Shown here in pieces: positions 22,501 through 34,210 of a stretch of 64,000 nucleotides of DNA. The position numbers and the translations under genes were made by a program. The notes under the pieces were generated by a model. The model did not search any database. It saw only the letters and a program-made list of their open reading frames with translations, and was not told the origin of the DNA. Source of the stretch: Mustelus asterias (lineage: Eukaryota); NCBI RefSeq assembly GCF_964213995.1, contig NC_135825.1, positions 18,290,001 through 18,354,000 of the forward strand, given 5' to 3'. Position 1 is the first letter of the stretch; each line of letters opens with the position of its first letter.

Positions 22501-25500
22501 AGCTGCATTATGATAAATGACAAATGAGAATGAGTTGATGCGTTTGGCTGAGGAAAAAATGTTAGCCAGATTCTTCCTTGAACAATGCCATGGGATCTTT
22601 AACATCTACTTAAGAGATCAGACAGAACTTCAGTTTAGCATCACATCCAAAAGACAAGAGTGCAGCACTAACTGAGCATTGCATAATGATTGAAGAGGGG
22701 GAATCTTAATGCATGGGAACTTTCTTCTTTAACTTAGAGATATCCTCATCTTATAAAAGAGAAAAGAGAAAAGAGGAAGATGTTCTCCTTGTTTCCAAAA
22801 CGACATTCAGCTCTCAATCAAAACTGGTAGAAATATTTCAGAACATGATCATGATCGCATTGCCGTTTTTGGGGATTTGGTGTGAGATTGTTGTTTGCTA
22901 CATTTGCAGACAATGCAGCCGTGTCTATTGTATCCAAAATACTTGATTGACTATGAACATATTTGGGATGCACTGAAGCTATGAAAGGTGGCACATCATT
23001 CAAATCCTTTCTACTATTCACCTTCTGCTTTTCAAATTTTACTACTGAAAGAAAGACACATTTGTGCAATTTTCTCAATATTATCCAAGTTGTGAATTCA
23101 TCATAACAGGGATATTCCCAGCCAATAACCAAACTATCAAACCCAAATCACTGCAAGAAGCTAAATTTAACTCAAGCTCTCTCTCCTCATCTCCCTGCCA
23201 CCCCTGTCCCTCCCTCCACTCTCCCTGTATTTACCCTCCTTTCCATCACCTTGCTTTAAGAACAGGTAGAGTTAGATAAGGTTTTTTATAAGATTCTCTA
23301 TCTCCTTGGCAAAATCCAGTGCTACAGTCACTGCATGACAAATTAGTCATTATTAATGTCTAACTTTGACCCTCAACACTGATAGAAAGTTAACTGTGTA
23401 GAGATTGAAAGCAGGGCCCAATTCTATCCTCACATGGTGACAAGATGCATGCATTTTACATCTGAAATTACAGGACAAAATAGAAATACCAAGAACATAG
23501 CATGACAGTGGTTAGCACTGCTGCCTCACAGCACTAGGGATTGCGTGGGTTTCCTCTGGTGCTCCAGTTTTATCCCACATTCCAAAGATGTGCAGGTTAG
23601 GTTGATTGACAATGCTCAAATTGCCCCTTAGTATCCCAAGATACATAGGTTCAGGGATTAGCAGGGTAAATACATGGGGTTATAGGGTAAACCTGGGCAA
23701 GAGTCGGTGCAGATTCAATGGGCCAAATGGCCTCCTTCTGCACTGTAGTGATTCTATGATCGAACATTGCCTCAGCTGGATTCAGCAAACTCAATACCAA
23801 CTGGAGATTGAATGGAGGACTTTCCAGATCTGGATGGTTCAGCTTTTTAAAAGTTTATTTATTAGTCTTACATTATCCGTACAACGATAAGGCTTACATT
23901 AACACTGCAATGAAGTTACTGTGTAATTCCCCTAGTCGCCACAGTCCAGCACCTGTTCGGGTCAATGTACCTAACCAGCACGTCTTTCAGAATGTGGGAG
24001 GAAACCGGAGCACCCGCAGGAAACCCACGCAGACACAGGGAGAATGTGCAAACTCCACACAGACAGTGACCCAAGCCGGGAATCGAACCCGGGTCCCTGG
24101 TGCTGTGAGGCAGTAGTGCTAACTACCGTGCCCCATGGTGCTACTAACTAGTTAAACTTGCTGAACTAGCAAAGAAGCACAACAAATTATCCCCATAGAC
24201 AGTCCAGTCTAAACAAGTTATCCCCATAGACAGTCCAGTCTAAACAAGTTACTTACTGTCCAAGGTTAGCAACCTCATATCGCATATTGATGTAACCCGG
24301 TGCAGCACCAATTGCAGCTGAAATCAGCATCCTGGGTTTTCCAGAGCTTTTCGCCTCAGCTTCAAAAGCTGCCAACATTTCCTAGAGGTTGAAAATGAGC
24401 AAAGTTTCAGAACCTCACCAAATGGAGGGTTTCAGACACAGGCTAAAGAATTGTCCAGCTTCATAATATATATCCATGACCAAGTGTCTTACAACAATTT
24501 ATCTAATCTAACGGTAAAGCCAGAGGTACGATCAGGCTTAAATGCAGCCCAGATCAATTGTTGTTACGATGTGGAGATGCCGGCGTTGGACTGGGGTAAG
24601 CACAGTAAGAAGTCTCGCAACACCAGGTTAAAGTCCAACAGGTTTATTTGGAATCATGAGCTTTCGGAACGCTGCTCCTTCATCCAAAAGCTAGCGATTC
24701 CAAATAAACCTGTTGGACTTTAACCTGATAGCTCTTACTGCACAGTAGCCAGAACCATGATTAATGAGAATTCAATTAAATTATTTTCATTGAGTAATTT
24801 CATGTGCTTCACATTTAAACATTCCATTTTCATGTTTCGCAAATCCTGCAAACCTGTCTTTTAAAACTGTTTGGGGGTAATCTTACCAAAAAAATTGCTG
24901 AACGAGAGTGAAAACAGGAGAGAAACGTGCCGATTTTTTGGGGCGAGCTCCCAGACGCAATCGGACAGCACGCAGAAAAGAAAGAGCCCAAATGTGATTC
25001 TCAGCAGCAAGGAGGGTGGGCGGAGCTATTCTTGCTGGAATGCCAGCTGATGAGCACTAGGGGCACCATTGCGCAGGTTCCCTGATCTCCCAGATCTGTC
25101 ACTCACCCCCACCACTCCCCTGGATAGATCGCCCCTTCCCTAATTGCTGTCCTGGTCATTGCTCCCTCCCTCACCACCCTCCCCCCAACCCCCAATCACA
25201 GGCCCAGACATTGGAAATCCCACACCCCTTAATCGCTGCCCCGGATGATGCCGATTGCCACCCGCCACCTGCCCCAGCCAGTCACCACCACCCCGATGCA
25301 GAGTGCCCCCAATACTGAGTACCCCCTGCCCTCCCCCCTTCAGAGCTCCCCTTCCAGCCTACCCCCATCATGGCCCCACCCCTGTTATGGGCCCAATTTG
25401 TCAGGCCCCAACCACTACAGGCCCCGCCCCCAAGCCCCATCCGCCACTTAGCACTTCCCAGTGCCCGGTGGCAATCTGGTAGTGCCAGGGTGCCAGACTG

Positions 25501-28500
25501 ACACTGCCTCATGGGCACTGCCCACCCCTGCCCCTGACTATCCAGGGCTTCAATAGCCTGTGGTCCCATCGGTGAGGCCATCACATCTGGTCCCCATTGG
25601 TGGGGACCATCTGTGATCCTCGGTGATGAGGACTTCGACTGGGGAGCAGCTAAGGGCAAATGAGCCCGGAAGATAATGTATTTAAATTGTGTTCTGCACA
25701 TAGACATCGGAAAGGACGTGAAGCTGATTTCACCAGCAGAATGAGGCTGGTAACATCGCAACAGGAGTAAAACAGGGCACGAACACAGTGACCCGATCCT
25801 ACCGGCTTGCCACACCGGTCAACCGGCAGAACGAGCTGATAAGATCGCCCTCTTTAAGTTGATCAGCTTGCAGATCAGCCATGATCCCACTGAATGGCCA
25901 AACAGACTGGAAGTGCTCAATGGCCCATGCCTGTTCTGGCATTCCATGTCCTTGGTGAGGACCTTGGAAAAATATTCAATTTTACAAACACGATAGAAAG
26001 ATGTTTTATTTCAGCAATGAGACTAAGCTTCCTGATCTTACCTTCACCAACACAGTGAAGAGACGTTTGCCTACTGTCCCAGGATATTCCCAGTCAATGT
26101 CCAAACCATCAAACCCATAACCACGCAGGAAGCTAATCACAGACTTGATGAAAATCTGGCGAGTTCCTGCCGAGGAAGCCATGGCAGTGAATCTAGAGGT
26201 GAGTAGAATGTTAAACAAGGTCAGAACTGAAATATTTTGGTTTCATTAATTACAAGTTGAACATTTAAAAGCTTTGACTCTTATTGTTTTATAATATGGG
26301 TAGGGAAGACTATTAATCCAGAAACTCAGCTAATGTTCTGGGAATCCCGCCATGGCAGGTGGTGGAATTTGTATTCAATAAAATATATCTGGAATTAAGA
26401 ATTTACTGATGACCATGAAACCACTGTCGTAAAAACCCTTTAGGGAAGGAAATCTGCCATCCTTACCTGATCTGGCCTACATATGATTCCAGAGCCACAG
26501 CAAGTGGTTGACTCTCAACTGCCCTCCAAGGGCAACTAGGGATGGGCAATAAATGCTGGCCAGCCAGCGACGCCCACATCCCACGAATGAATAAAAACAT
26601 ATATACAAGGAAACAAATTAGAATTTACTAAAAGAAAATTATGAAATGGCCTTGCTCTCTTGCTGCTCTGGATAATCAGTTGAATCAATTTTCACTGAGT
26701 GTATTAATGTAAATAAAGCCTTTATAAAAATAATGCAATATTTCCTTTTAGATATAATCTCATAAATATTGTTTGAATTATATTTTACACACAGTTGAAC
26801 ATAGTCACAGTAAGCTCATTAATGAAAATCTATTACTTGTCAAAAAATACAATTATACTTTCCAAATCTTTGACCCCAGCTTATTTTATATTATGAGCAA
26901 TCGGAAAATAAGCACTTTTCACCCAATATTGAAATAATATATAAAAGTATTTTCATCTTACTTCTGACCGCCAAACTTCCAGCCTCCAATGGACAGGAGC
27001 GTCTTAAGGTTTCCATTTCTGTTATAAGAATGAAGAAATTGTTCTTTCAGAATAAGGAACATAAGCAAATGTATTTATTAAACAACAGCACTGCTGAAAA
27101 TGATTATTGTCTTAATCTTTTTACTGCTTTCTCTTTTTGGGGCTAAATTTTAGTTGAACAGAAATACCTCAGAGCAGAACATAATGTGACACTGGGGGAG
27201 TGAAGGTAAGGTTCAAGCCTTATCCCACAGACTATCTCTCTATCACTGTTATGACATGGAAGGAGGCCATTTGGCCCATTGTGTTTGCACCAGCTCTCCA
27301 AATGAGCACCATGACATTGAACCATTCTCCTGCCTTTTCCCCGTACCTCTGTACATTGTTTCTATTCAGATGATCACCTAACCCCCTCTTGAATGCTTCA
27401 ATTGAACCTGTCTCCACTACATTTCCAGGCAGTGCATTCCAGATTCGAACCACTCGCTGTGTGAAAAGGTTTTTCTCAAATTGCATTTGCTTTAATTGCA
27501 AATCACTCTAAATCTGAGGCCTCTCATTCTCAATCCTTTTACACGAGGGAACAACTTCTCCCTATCTATTCTGTCCTGCCCTTGCATGATTTTGAATATG
27601 GGATGTGGATGTCGCTGGTACTGCCAGCATTTAGTGGTCATCCGTAATTGCGTTTGAGAAGTTGACAGTAGGAGGTCTTGTGGTGCAATGGGAAGTGTCC
27701 CTGCCTCTGAGCCAGAAAATCTGGGTTCAAGTCCCACTGCTGTATTTTATGCCCAAGCTGGGTTCAGTTGGGTGGAATGTGGCAATGCCTCCCTGACCTA
27801 CTCATGGTGGGGGACACAGTTCTGTTGTCTGGACCTGGCTTCGAGCAGAAACTTCAAAATAAGGCTTTTTGTGATCCACTTTCTTGAACTGCTGCCATCT
27901 ATCTGGTGCTGTTAGGAAGGGAATTCCTAAATATTTGTCCAGCAACAGTAGAAGAACAATGATGTTGTTCCAAAACAGGATGTTGTATGGCTTGGAGGGG
28001 AACTTGTAAATGGTTCCCTGGTATGTGCTACCCTTGACCTTCCAGGTGGTAGAAGTCCTGGGTTAGGAAGGTGCAGTCCAAGGAACCTTCATTGGTTGTT
28101 GTAGTGTTCCTTGTTTCTAGCATCCAGTGCTGCCAGTCTGAGTTGGTGTTTGAGGGAGTGAACACAAATTGATGCATTGGGTGCAGACCAAGCAGATTCC
28201 CTTGTACTCGCTGGTGTCAAGTTCTTTCAATGTTGTGTGTTCGAGCTGCACTCTTCCAGACAAGTGGAAAGCATTCCACTACACTCCTGAATTGTGCCTT
28301 ATTGATGGTGGACAGGATTTGAGATGGCAGGAAGTGAGTTACTCACTTCACAATTGCTAGTCTCTGACTGCTCTTGTATCCGCGGTGTTTATACGATTGG
28401 TCCAATTCAGTCTGTGGTCAACAATAACTCCCAATATGTCAATACTGGAGAAAGGGTGGGTGCAGAGGTGCGTATAGAATTGTAATACTATTTGAATGTC

Positions 28501-31500
28501 TTCAATTTTGCCAGGGTTCCTTGATATCACAGTCAGACAAATGTTGCATTGATTACACAGGGGGTCACTCTCACCTTCATGGATTTTGCTGGCAACATGG
28601 ATATTGCAGCTTTGAGTAAACATCAGAAACAAAGCCCTGTAGCAAGTCACCTGGTTGTCCTCTAAGGCAGGAAAGTACAAAGGGCAAGGCAGGAGTTTAA
28701 AAACAAAACCGCTTCACATTGGGCTACAATAATGGGGACCAGTGTCAATTTTGTGAGAATATTTAACACACATTGATTGGATCTTTTTAGCTGGCTGGAA
28801 TAACGAAAATGCAAATGCCATCTCAGTCATTCTGAGTTGCTGAACAGAGTGGAAATTCCAGCTCTCTCCATAGCCCAGTGTTTCTGCACAGATGCGGGTT
28901 TGTACACACTGCATTTTGTACGACACACATGGCAGCCTGTGCACCAGCGTATTCCAGGATTCAGGTGCAAGTGCAACATTTAGTATATGTGGCAAATATA
29001 ATCTAGTTGCACACTAATTAAAATAACTCTCAGTTTACCATCTCAGGGGTTTCAAATTGCAATGTGGAATGAATATAAAGTATTTCCTTGTTTATGTGGC
29101 ACAACATGGTGATACTATGATTGCGCCAGGCATTGTCAGACCCGCTGGGCATTGACTCATCTCTGTCAATGGGACACAAATCAATATAACCCAATTTCAC
29201 CCTTATATCAACATTAGATTAGTTAGATAGTCAACATCTTTTCCCAAAGAGAGGGGATTCTAAAATTAGAGGACACAGGTTTAAGGTGAGAGGGAAGAGA
29301 TACAAGAGGATCCAGAGGGGCAATTGTTTCACACAGAGGGTGGTTAGTGTCTGGAACAAGCTGCCAGAGGTAGTAGTAGAGGCGGGTACAATTTTGTCTT
29401 TTAAAAAACATTTAGACAGTTACATGGGTAAGATGGGTAGAGAGGGATATGGGTCAAACGCGAGCAATTGGGACTAACATAGCAGGTAAAAAAAAGGGCG
29501 GCATGGACATGTTGGGCCGATGGGCCTGTTTCCATGCTGTAAACCTCTATGACTCTATCTATATAACTGGGTCAATCATGTTATATTTCCATATATTGGG
29601 GTAATTTTTCAATGGTATACAGAATACAATAAAGACATTAAACTATATTTAGCATTGCAGGAATGTTCTCAATATTTATGGAAAAAATATACTTGTTTTT
29701 AAGGCTGTTGAATGAGTGGTAGAGTTTCACATCGTTCACTTCAGTGGTAGTGATTTGATTGTGCTTCATTCCAGCGAAAGAGTAGATCACATGTGTGCAC
29801 AAGCAGGGATCCACATTCTCTGGCAAGAACTTCCCCGCTCCTGGTCTGTACTGGGACCAGTTTGTAAAGTAACAAACCAGTCTGTAGGCAGAGCCTGAGA
29901 GTGAGGAGAAAGGAAAATCAGCACTGAGCCTCTACTCATTACATAAAATTCAAAATAGCTCAAAAAGCACAAAAGCTCACCCAGTTCCAGGCACGCCAAC
30001 AAGACCACTGCTGTAATAAAGAATATAGGAGAAGTGTTAAAATGATGATCAAAATATTCTGAAAGGTTTAAGGTTCACTGCAAAAGCTGCAAAATTTTCC
30101 TTCAAGTCATCGTCAAATTGATTATGTTTAAGAAAGTAGCTGAATTAAACTCTACAGACGGATCAATTTTCAAATGCATCTGAAAATATTCAAATGCTAT
30201 TAAGATTTCCATCAATTTGAAATATCCTGCACTGAAATTGAGGTGAATGATAACACCCAAACTGGAATAAACAGAAATTCTGAGAACGAAAGAACAGGTA
30301 GATTTACAAGGTAGAAAAAAAAGAATCTGTACAAAAAGCTGATGCTGTTTGATTCTTCATGGAGATATTTCAGTCAAATGAACAGAAACTGAAATGCCAA
30401 ACAACTTTATGACTACACCCTTGCAAATGAAATTTTCTGGCAAATCACCAATTATCAATGTGGTTGCACAGCATTCCTTTGCTAATTTAAACAATGAACA
30501 GTAGATAGTTAGCTTGCTAGCTTGGATGGCTAGTTAGTGATGCCAACAGCCGCGGGTTCAATTCCCATACTGGCTCAGGTTATTCGTGAAGGCCCTGCCT
30601 TCTCAACCTTGCCCCTCACCTGAGACATGGTGATCCTCAGGTTAAATCACCACCAGTCAGCATATGGTCATCTGGGACGGTAGCAAATTTAGTTTTTAAC
30701 CTAACAATAAGGCATCTTCAAATGATCCATTCCTTTACATTGAGACCTGAACCTGAGAAGGGATTGTCCTCTTTGTTATATTCCCCATTTAAATAGCCTT
30801 ACAATATTCTGAAGGTTGGGTAAAAGGTTGCAGGATGGCTCCATTCTCTTTCTATGCCTCAGTTGATCATAACAGGTCTCTTTAAAGAATCTTCTCACCA
30901 ATTTAATGAGTGTTTAACTGGAGAACGATATATTTTGTGAGAAGTGTTTGTGGACATGCTCATAGTTAGCCATAATCGCTGCTTGTTTGGCTTTGGAGAC
31001 GCTTTGCTCTTCAACATGTCTTTCTGGAAAGTGGGAGTGAACTTTTGAGTTCCTCAGGGACAATTGCATCTCTGAGGATTTTGTGCGTGGGATCTAACTT
31101 TAGCACGCGTATCTATCGATTGAAAACAAGTTGCTTAAGTCTTTCAAACCCAATATAGTTTTGCTCGGGTGACTTGCAGGAAGTTTGGAATTTTTCCCAG
31201 TACACCTCTGGTACCAGCCCATACACACTCTGAAAGCCATCATTGCTCATCTCGTAGTTTGTCGATTCTCATTAAACAATAGGGAATAAACCTCATGGGT
31301 TTTCCCTGTTAATCTGATTTGCAATATTAGGGTCCAAACCTCCACTCGCAACTTCAATCTCATTGTAAATTTTCTGAATGACACAAAAATTGCTTTCATG
31401 TCCTTCTCATTAAGCCTTGGTATCTTAAGAGCTCAATGATCAACCCTAGGTTAGTCATTTACCATACTTGTCTCCAATGGGTACAGCCGATACTTCCCCC

Positions 31501-33981
31501 CTCAGTTCCATCTAGCTTAGCTTCTGCTCTGTTTTTGCCTTTAACTTGCTTTCATAATTTTCCCCTGGAAAGCTCTTTCTCTATTATTAAACTAGAAAGA
31601 GTGCAGAAAAGATTTATTAGGATGCTACCGAGACTTGATTGTTTGAGTTATAAGGAGAGGTTGGATAGACACTGGGACTTTTTTCCCTGGAGCATAGGAG
31701 GCTTAGGGGTGATCTTATAGAGGTCTATAACATAATGAGGGGCATAGATAAAGTAGGTAGTCAACATCTTTATCCAAAGGTAGGGGAGTCTAAAACTAGA
31801 GGGCATAGGTTTAAGGTGAAAGGGGAGAGATACAAAAGGGTCCAGAGGGGCAATTTTTTCACACAGAGGGTGGTGGCTGTCTCAAACAAGGTACCAGAGA
31901 TGGTAGTAGAGGCGGGAACAATTTTGTCTTTTAAAAAGCATTTAGACAGTTATATGGTTAAAATGGGTATAGAGGGATATGGGCCAAACGTGGACAATTG
32001 GGACTAGCTCAGTGGTAAAAAATGAGCAGCATGGACAAGTTGGGCCAAATGGCCTGTTTCCATGCTGTAAGACCTCAATGACTCTCTCTTTTCTGAAATT
32101 CTCCCTCCTGCTTTCTTTTCTGTCCCTTTTTTTGTTTTCCTGGAAATCTCATTCCTCCTTTTTCCATTCTCTCCTGTCTTTTTCTTTCTTCTTTGTTCCT
32201 TGAAATATTGCTTTTACTTTCCAAGGCTCCAGCTGTATCTTTGCTCATTTCAGATTCTATGCCTATCTCATGTTCTTCAGCTTCAACTGAAAAGTGGCCA
32301 GAAGTTCAAGGCTTTTCCTAGCTTTTGAGCAGAATCTCACTCCTAACTGTTCAGCGAAACTCCGTAACTCTTGAATGCAGAAGTGTTCCAAGTTACTTCA
32401 TTCTGCTCCATGAATGGAGACAGTGGTGCAGTGGCATTGTCACTAGACTAGCTTCCAGAATTACTGGTTGGCCCTGGCTTCAAGTCCTGCCATGACAACA
32501 GGTGAAATGTAAATTCCATAAAAACCTGGAATTAAAAGTCTAATGATAACCATAAAACCATTATTGGAAAATCCTATCTGGTTCATCAAATAGGGAAGGA
32601 AATCTGCCATCCTTATCTGGTCTGGCCAATTGGTGACTCCAGATGTGGTTGAATCTTAAATGCCCTCTAAAATGGCCCAGCAAGCCATTCAGTTCAAGGG
32701 CATCCACACCCAATGAATTTAAAAAAAACTATCCTCAAACATGGACTTGTTAAATATTCTAGTTCTGTGGCCTGTTTGGAAGGTTAAAAGTATGCCTAAG
32801 AACCAATTTGATTTCCCACTTCCTATCCCTCATTGTCCATGAATCCAACCACAGACACAGCCCCCAGATTTCCATTAAGTCAGGTGGGAAGAGGGACATC
32901 AGTTGCCCCCTCTTTCCACCACTCCTCAGTTGACCACAACAGGTGTTTTTAAAGTATTTGTTTGCCACTCTCATTGAGTGTTTAAATGCTTAAATGCTGT
33001 GATTATAAAATACACACACAGACATTCCTGTAAATTATAAAAGAAAAGCAAATAGTATTTCTCCAAATCTCACTCACATGAGCATTTAAAATCTCTTGCG
33101 CGCACACACACATGCATACTCACACACATATGTGTACAAACACTCACACAAACATGCACACACACACACATGTCAATTGCATACAGATCTTGTGGATTAA
33201 TAGATTAAATGGTTTCAGATTGGACCCAATGCTACTTCCTGATTCTGCATCAAAATAACTTAAAAATATTTTAATGGACACTTTCCATCTTTTCCTCAGG
33301 AGTCAGCAGCTGCCATGTTAATACTGCCTGCATTGTGTAACTGGATAAAAGACAGACAGGGCACAAGCTTGCAGGACAGTTAAAGAGAGCACGCATGCCA
33401 TCTGAGGGTCTTTCTGATCTCATTCTGACTGGCCTGGGAATTAGCAGCTTTTTAAAAACAAAGAGAGTTAGCTTGCTCATCACATGATCTCCTCTCACTG
33501 ATTGGCCAGTTATCCAAATATGGCTATGCTAAATTCATTTCAATCCCACCGTTTAAAAGTTAGTAAATGATATGGCTGGTGGAGTTCCTTTCTCAATGGG
33601 CATCCATTGTCCAAAGTGGATTGATTCAATTGCTTAGTCCACACACAGCTGGATACACATATCTGGATATGTTGTGAATGACTCAGGAGATGGTCTATAT
33701 TAATTGTCTGTTAAGGGATACTTCTAGACAGCCCAGCTCCTAGTTGATGACTTAGTAATTTGTAAGGTACAGCTTTGTGAAGGTTCAGCCATCTTAGGTG
33801 CTGCCATTTAAGTCACATTTCAAATGCTGTTGTTCAGCCTTTTCAAACTTATCTGCTGGGTTCAACCCATCAATAAATGATGTCATTTTCGACAGAAAAC
33901 ATGGTTTCATTTTCACGGACAGTATCAGAGGTAATGAAATGGTAAAACAAGCTTACCTGTTCCAAGTAGAAGCTTTGCCAT
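10084..33981 (-). CDS. chia: Chitinase copy A (complete, 11 exons, 542 aa): GH18 acidic mammalian chitinase-like, with signal peptide, catalytic domain, 90-aa Gly/Ser linker and CBM14
   Basis: join(33957-33981,29981-30010,29693-29894,26962-27018,26042-26192,24257-24381,22276-22402,21623-21805,15373-15489,12818-12956,10084-10556) = 1629 nt. All introns GT-AG, in frame. Motifs: [45 protein letters not shown]-terminal CSCCNWA. Confidence 0.95.
10231..10500 (-). repeat. Coding trinucleotide-based repeat (GGT/GGC/AGC) encoding the GS linker of copy A
   Basis: 270 nt of acc/gcc/gct triplets on the + strand. Confidence 0.95.
10868..11155 (+). mobile_element. HE1-type SINE variant with (TAAA)n tail
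   Basis: Core plus tail cacagtaacttcatt..aagcctacttgtgactaataaataaa. Confidence 0.85.
12262..12576 (-). mobile_element. HE1-type SINE, full length
   Basis: Complete consensus-like copy. Confidence 0.9.
12818..12956 (-). CDS. chia: Copy A exon 10 ([22 protein letters not shown]...GISA)
   Basis: 139 nt, within ORF 12789..12974. Confidence 0.93.
13035..14035 (+). mobile_element. Old CR1 LINE 3' fragment in intron 9 of A (equivalent to 41640-42830 in B)
   Basis: GSVLGPLL...[15 protein letters not shown]; same insertion point next to exon 10 in both paralogs. Confidence 0.8.
14040..14870. mobile_element. GC-rich non-autonomous DNA transposon/MITE-like insert
   Basis: ccgggacttcc...ggaaaactcc termini; GC-rich interior similar to 24874-25851, 38776-39818 and 42840-43520. 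Confidence 0.5.
15373..15489 (-). CDS. chia: Copy A exon 9 (ICSFLKGG...[13 protein letters not shown])
   Basis: 117 nt, within ORF 15259..15534. Confidence 0.95.
17050..17685. mobile_element. Two HE1-type SINEs tail-to-tail (about 17050-17350 on +, about 17388-17685 on -)
   Basis: Consensus-like heads and cores in opposite orientation. Confidence 0.85.
17890..19698 (-). mobile_element. Young 5'-truncated CR1 LINE with uninterrupted RT C-terminal ORF and long 3'UTR
   Basis: ORF 18422..19735 without stops ([23 protein letters not shown]); (GTTCTTT)n tail at about 17890-17905. Confidence 0.95.
19850..19969 (+). mobile_element. Penelope-like short fragment (single arm, degenerate hammerhead)
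   Basis: ctgatgaaggagcagtgctcaaaagc; TSD TCATGAAAAATC at 19838-19849 and 19970-19981. Confidence 0.75.
20590..20887 (-). mobile_element. HE1-type SINE
   Basis: Consensus-like copy on the minus strand. Confidence 0.85.
21623..21805 (-). CDS. chia: Copy A exon 8 ([17 protein letters not shown]...AYYE)
   Basis: 183 nt, overlaps ORF 21584..21796. Confidence 0.95.
21875..22212 (-). mobile_element. CR1 LINE 3' fragment in intron 7 of A
   Basis: ORF 21955..22209 ([17 protein letters not shown]); absent from the short intron 7 of B. Confidence 0.88.
22276..22402 (-). CDS. chia: Copy A exon 7 ([16 protein letters not shown]...YFNV)
   Basis: 127 nt, MTYD motif, cag/gtaagt. Confidence 0.95.
22580..22690 (-). 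mobile_element. Old SINE fragment resembling the Deu-domain (SacSINE1/AmnSINE-like)
   Basis: gccatgggatctttaacatc...gtttagcatcacatccaaaagac..gtgcagcact resembles the recalled consensus. Confidence 0.4.
23505..24133. mobile_element. Two HE1-type SINEs (about 23505-23760 on +, about 23845-24133 on -)
   Basis: Consensus-like; both absent at the equivalent sites in B. Confidence 0.85.
24187..24248. repeat. Perfect 31-bp tandem duplication next to the exon 6 donor of A
   Basis: ttatccccatagacagtccagtctaaacaag x2. Confidence 0.95.
24257..24381 (-). CDS. chia: Copy A exon 6 ([25 protein letters not shown]...LGQ)
   Basis: 125 nt, hand-translated, tag/gtaagt. Confidence 0.93.
24567..24728. mobile_element. 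Penelope-like palindromic fragment
   Basis: gatgtggagatgccggcgttggactgggg... with a partial inverted arm; absent in B. Confidence 0.8.
24874..25851. mobile_element. About 1-kb non-autonomous DNA transposon with imperfect TIRs
   Basis: gggtaatcttac ... taagatcgccc termini; absent in B; related inverted copy at 38776-39818. Confidence 0.65.
26042..26192 (-). CDS. chia: Copy A exon 5, catalytic motif [11 protein letters not shown]
   Basis: 151 nt, within ORF 26006..26218, tag/gtaag. Confidence 0.95.
26300..26600 (+). mobile_element. Second SINE family (LINE-like tail); other copies at 32420-32730, 34380-34530 and 37810-38150
   Basis: agactattaatccagaaactcagc...tagggaaggaaatctgcc...gatgggcaataaatgctggcc. 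Confidence 0.75.
26962..27018 (-). CDS. chia: Copy A exon 4 ([18 protein letters not shown])
   Basis: 57 nt, SxGGW motif, ag/gtaag. Confidence 0.95.
27235..27600 (-). mobile_element. CR1 3' fragment
   Basis: ORF 27232..27501, [13 protein letters not shown]. Confidence 0.8.
29222..29560 (+). mobile_element. CR1 3' fragment
   Basis: [14 protein letters not shown]; tail ccatgctgtaaacctctatgactct. Confidence 0.88.
29693..29894 (-). CDS. chia: Copy A exon 3 ([18 protein letters not shown]...SLKNK)
   Basis: 202 nt, GH18 N-terminal motif, AG/GT boundaries. Confidence 0.95.
29981..30010 (-). CDS. chia: Copy A exon 2 ([11 protein letters not shown])
   Basis: 30 nt, ttacag acceptor and gtgag donor; hydrophobic signal-peptide core. 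Confidence 0.9.
30505..30695 (+). mobile_element. Third tRNA-derived SINE family (second copy at 44470-44660)
   Basis: gggttcaattcccatactgg..gaaggccc.gccttctcaaccttgcccc..ggttaaatcaccaccagtcag. Confidence 0.7.
30780..33870 (-). mobile_element. Internally deleted Gmr1-like Gypsy provirus in intron 1 of A (5' LTR, PBS, gag remnant, end of 3' LTR)
   Basis: Minus-strand gag remnant [13 protein letters not shown]...[14 protein letters not shown] at about 30950-31260; purine-rich coiled-coil-like region 32090-32300; PBS-like TGGGGGCT at 32859-32866; cctcagttga.ca.aacaggt repeated at about 32925 and 30857. Confidence 0.7.
31582..32087 (+). mobile_element. CR1 3' fragment nested in the Gypsy gag
   Basis: ORFs 31436..31720 and 31735..32007. 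Confidence 0.88.
33957..33981 (-). CDS. chia: Copy A exon 1 (MAKLLLGT, signal peptide start)
   Basis: caagATGG start context, 25 nt, donor gtaagc, TATA box upstream. Confidence 0.9.
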
Positions 33982-34210
33982 CTTGCAGCTGGTGTGTTGT
34001 GGTCATCAACTCTCTCTTTTATATACTGAGTTTATCATTAGTGCTAAATAACTCCAAACACCATTAACCTTATTACTGGTAAAGGGTCAGTCACAATGGA
34101 AAAATAACAGGTCTTATCTTATCTTCATAACATTATTTGCATCACCCTGTGAGTAACCATTTTTCTCCTCTACAATGTTATCTGGATTGTTGACCTTCAT
34201 TGCAACCCCA
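33982..34210 (-). promoter_or_regulatory. Copy A 5'UTR and promoter
   Basis: TATATAAAA at 34017-34025; TGATAA at 34032-34037; tandem GATA at 34114-34124. Confidence 0.75.

Noticed and set aside
24187-24248. 31-bp direct repeats as a CRISPR-like array
   Set aside because: Two adjacent copies without a spacer in a eukaryotic intron; a simple tandem duplication.
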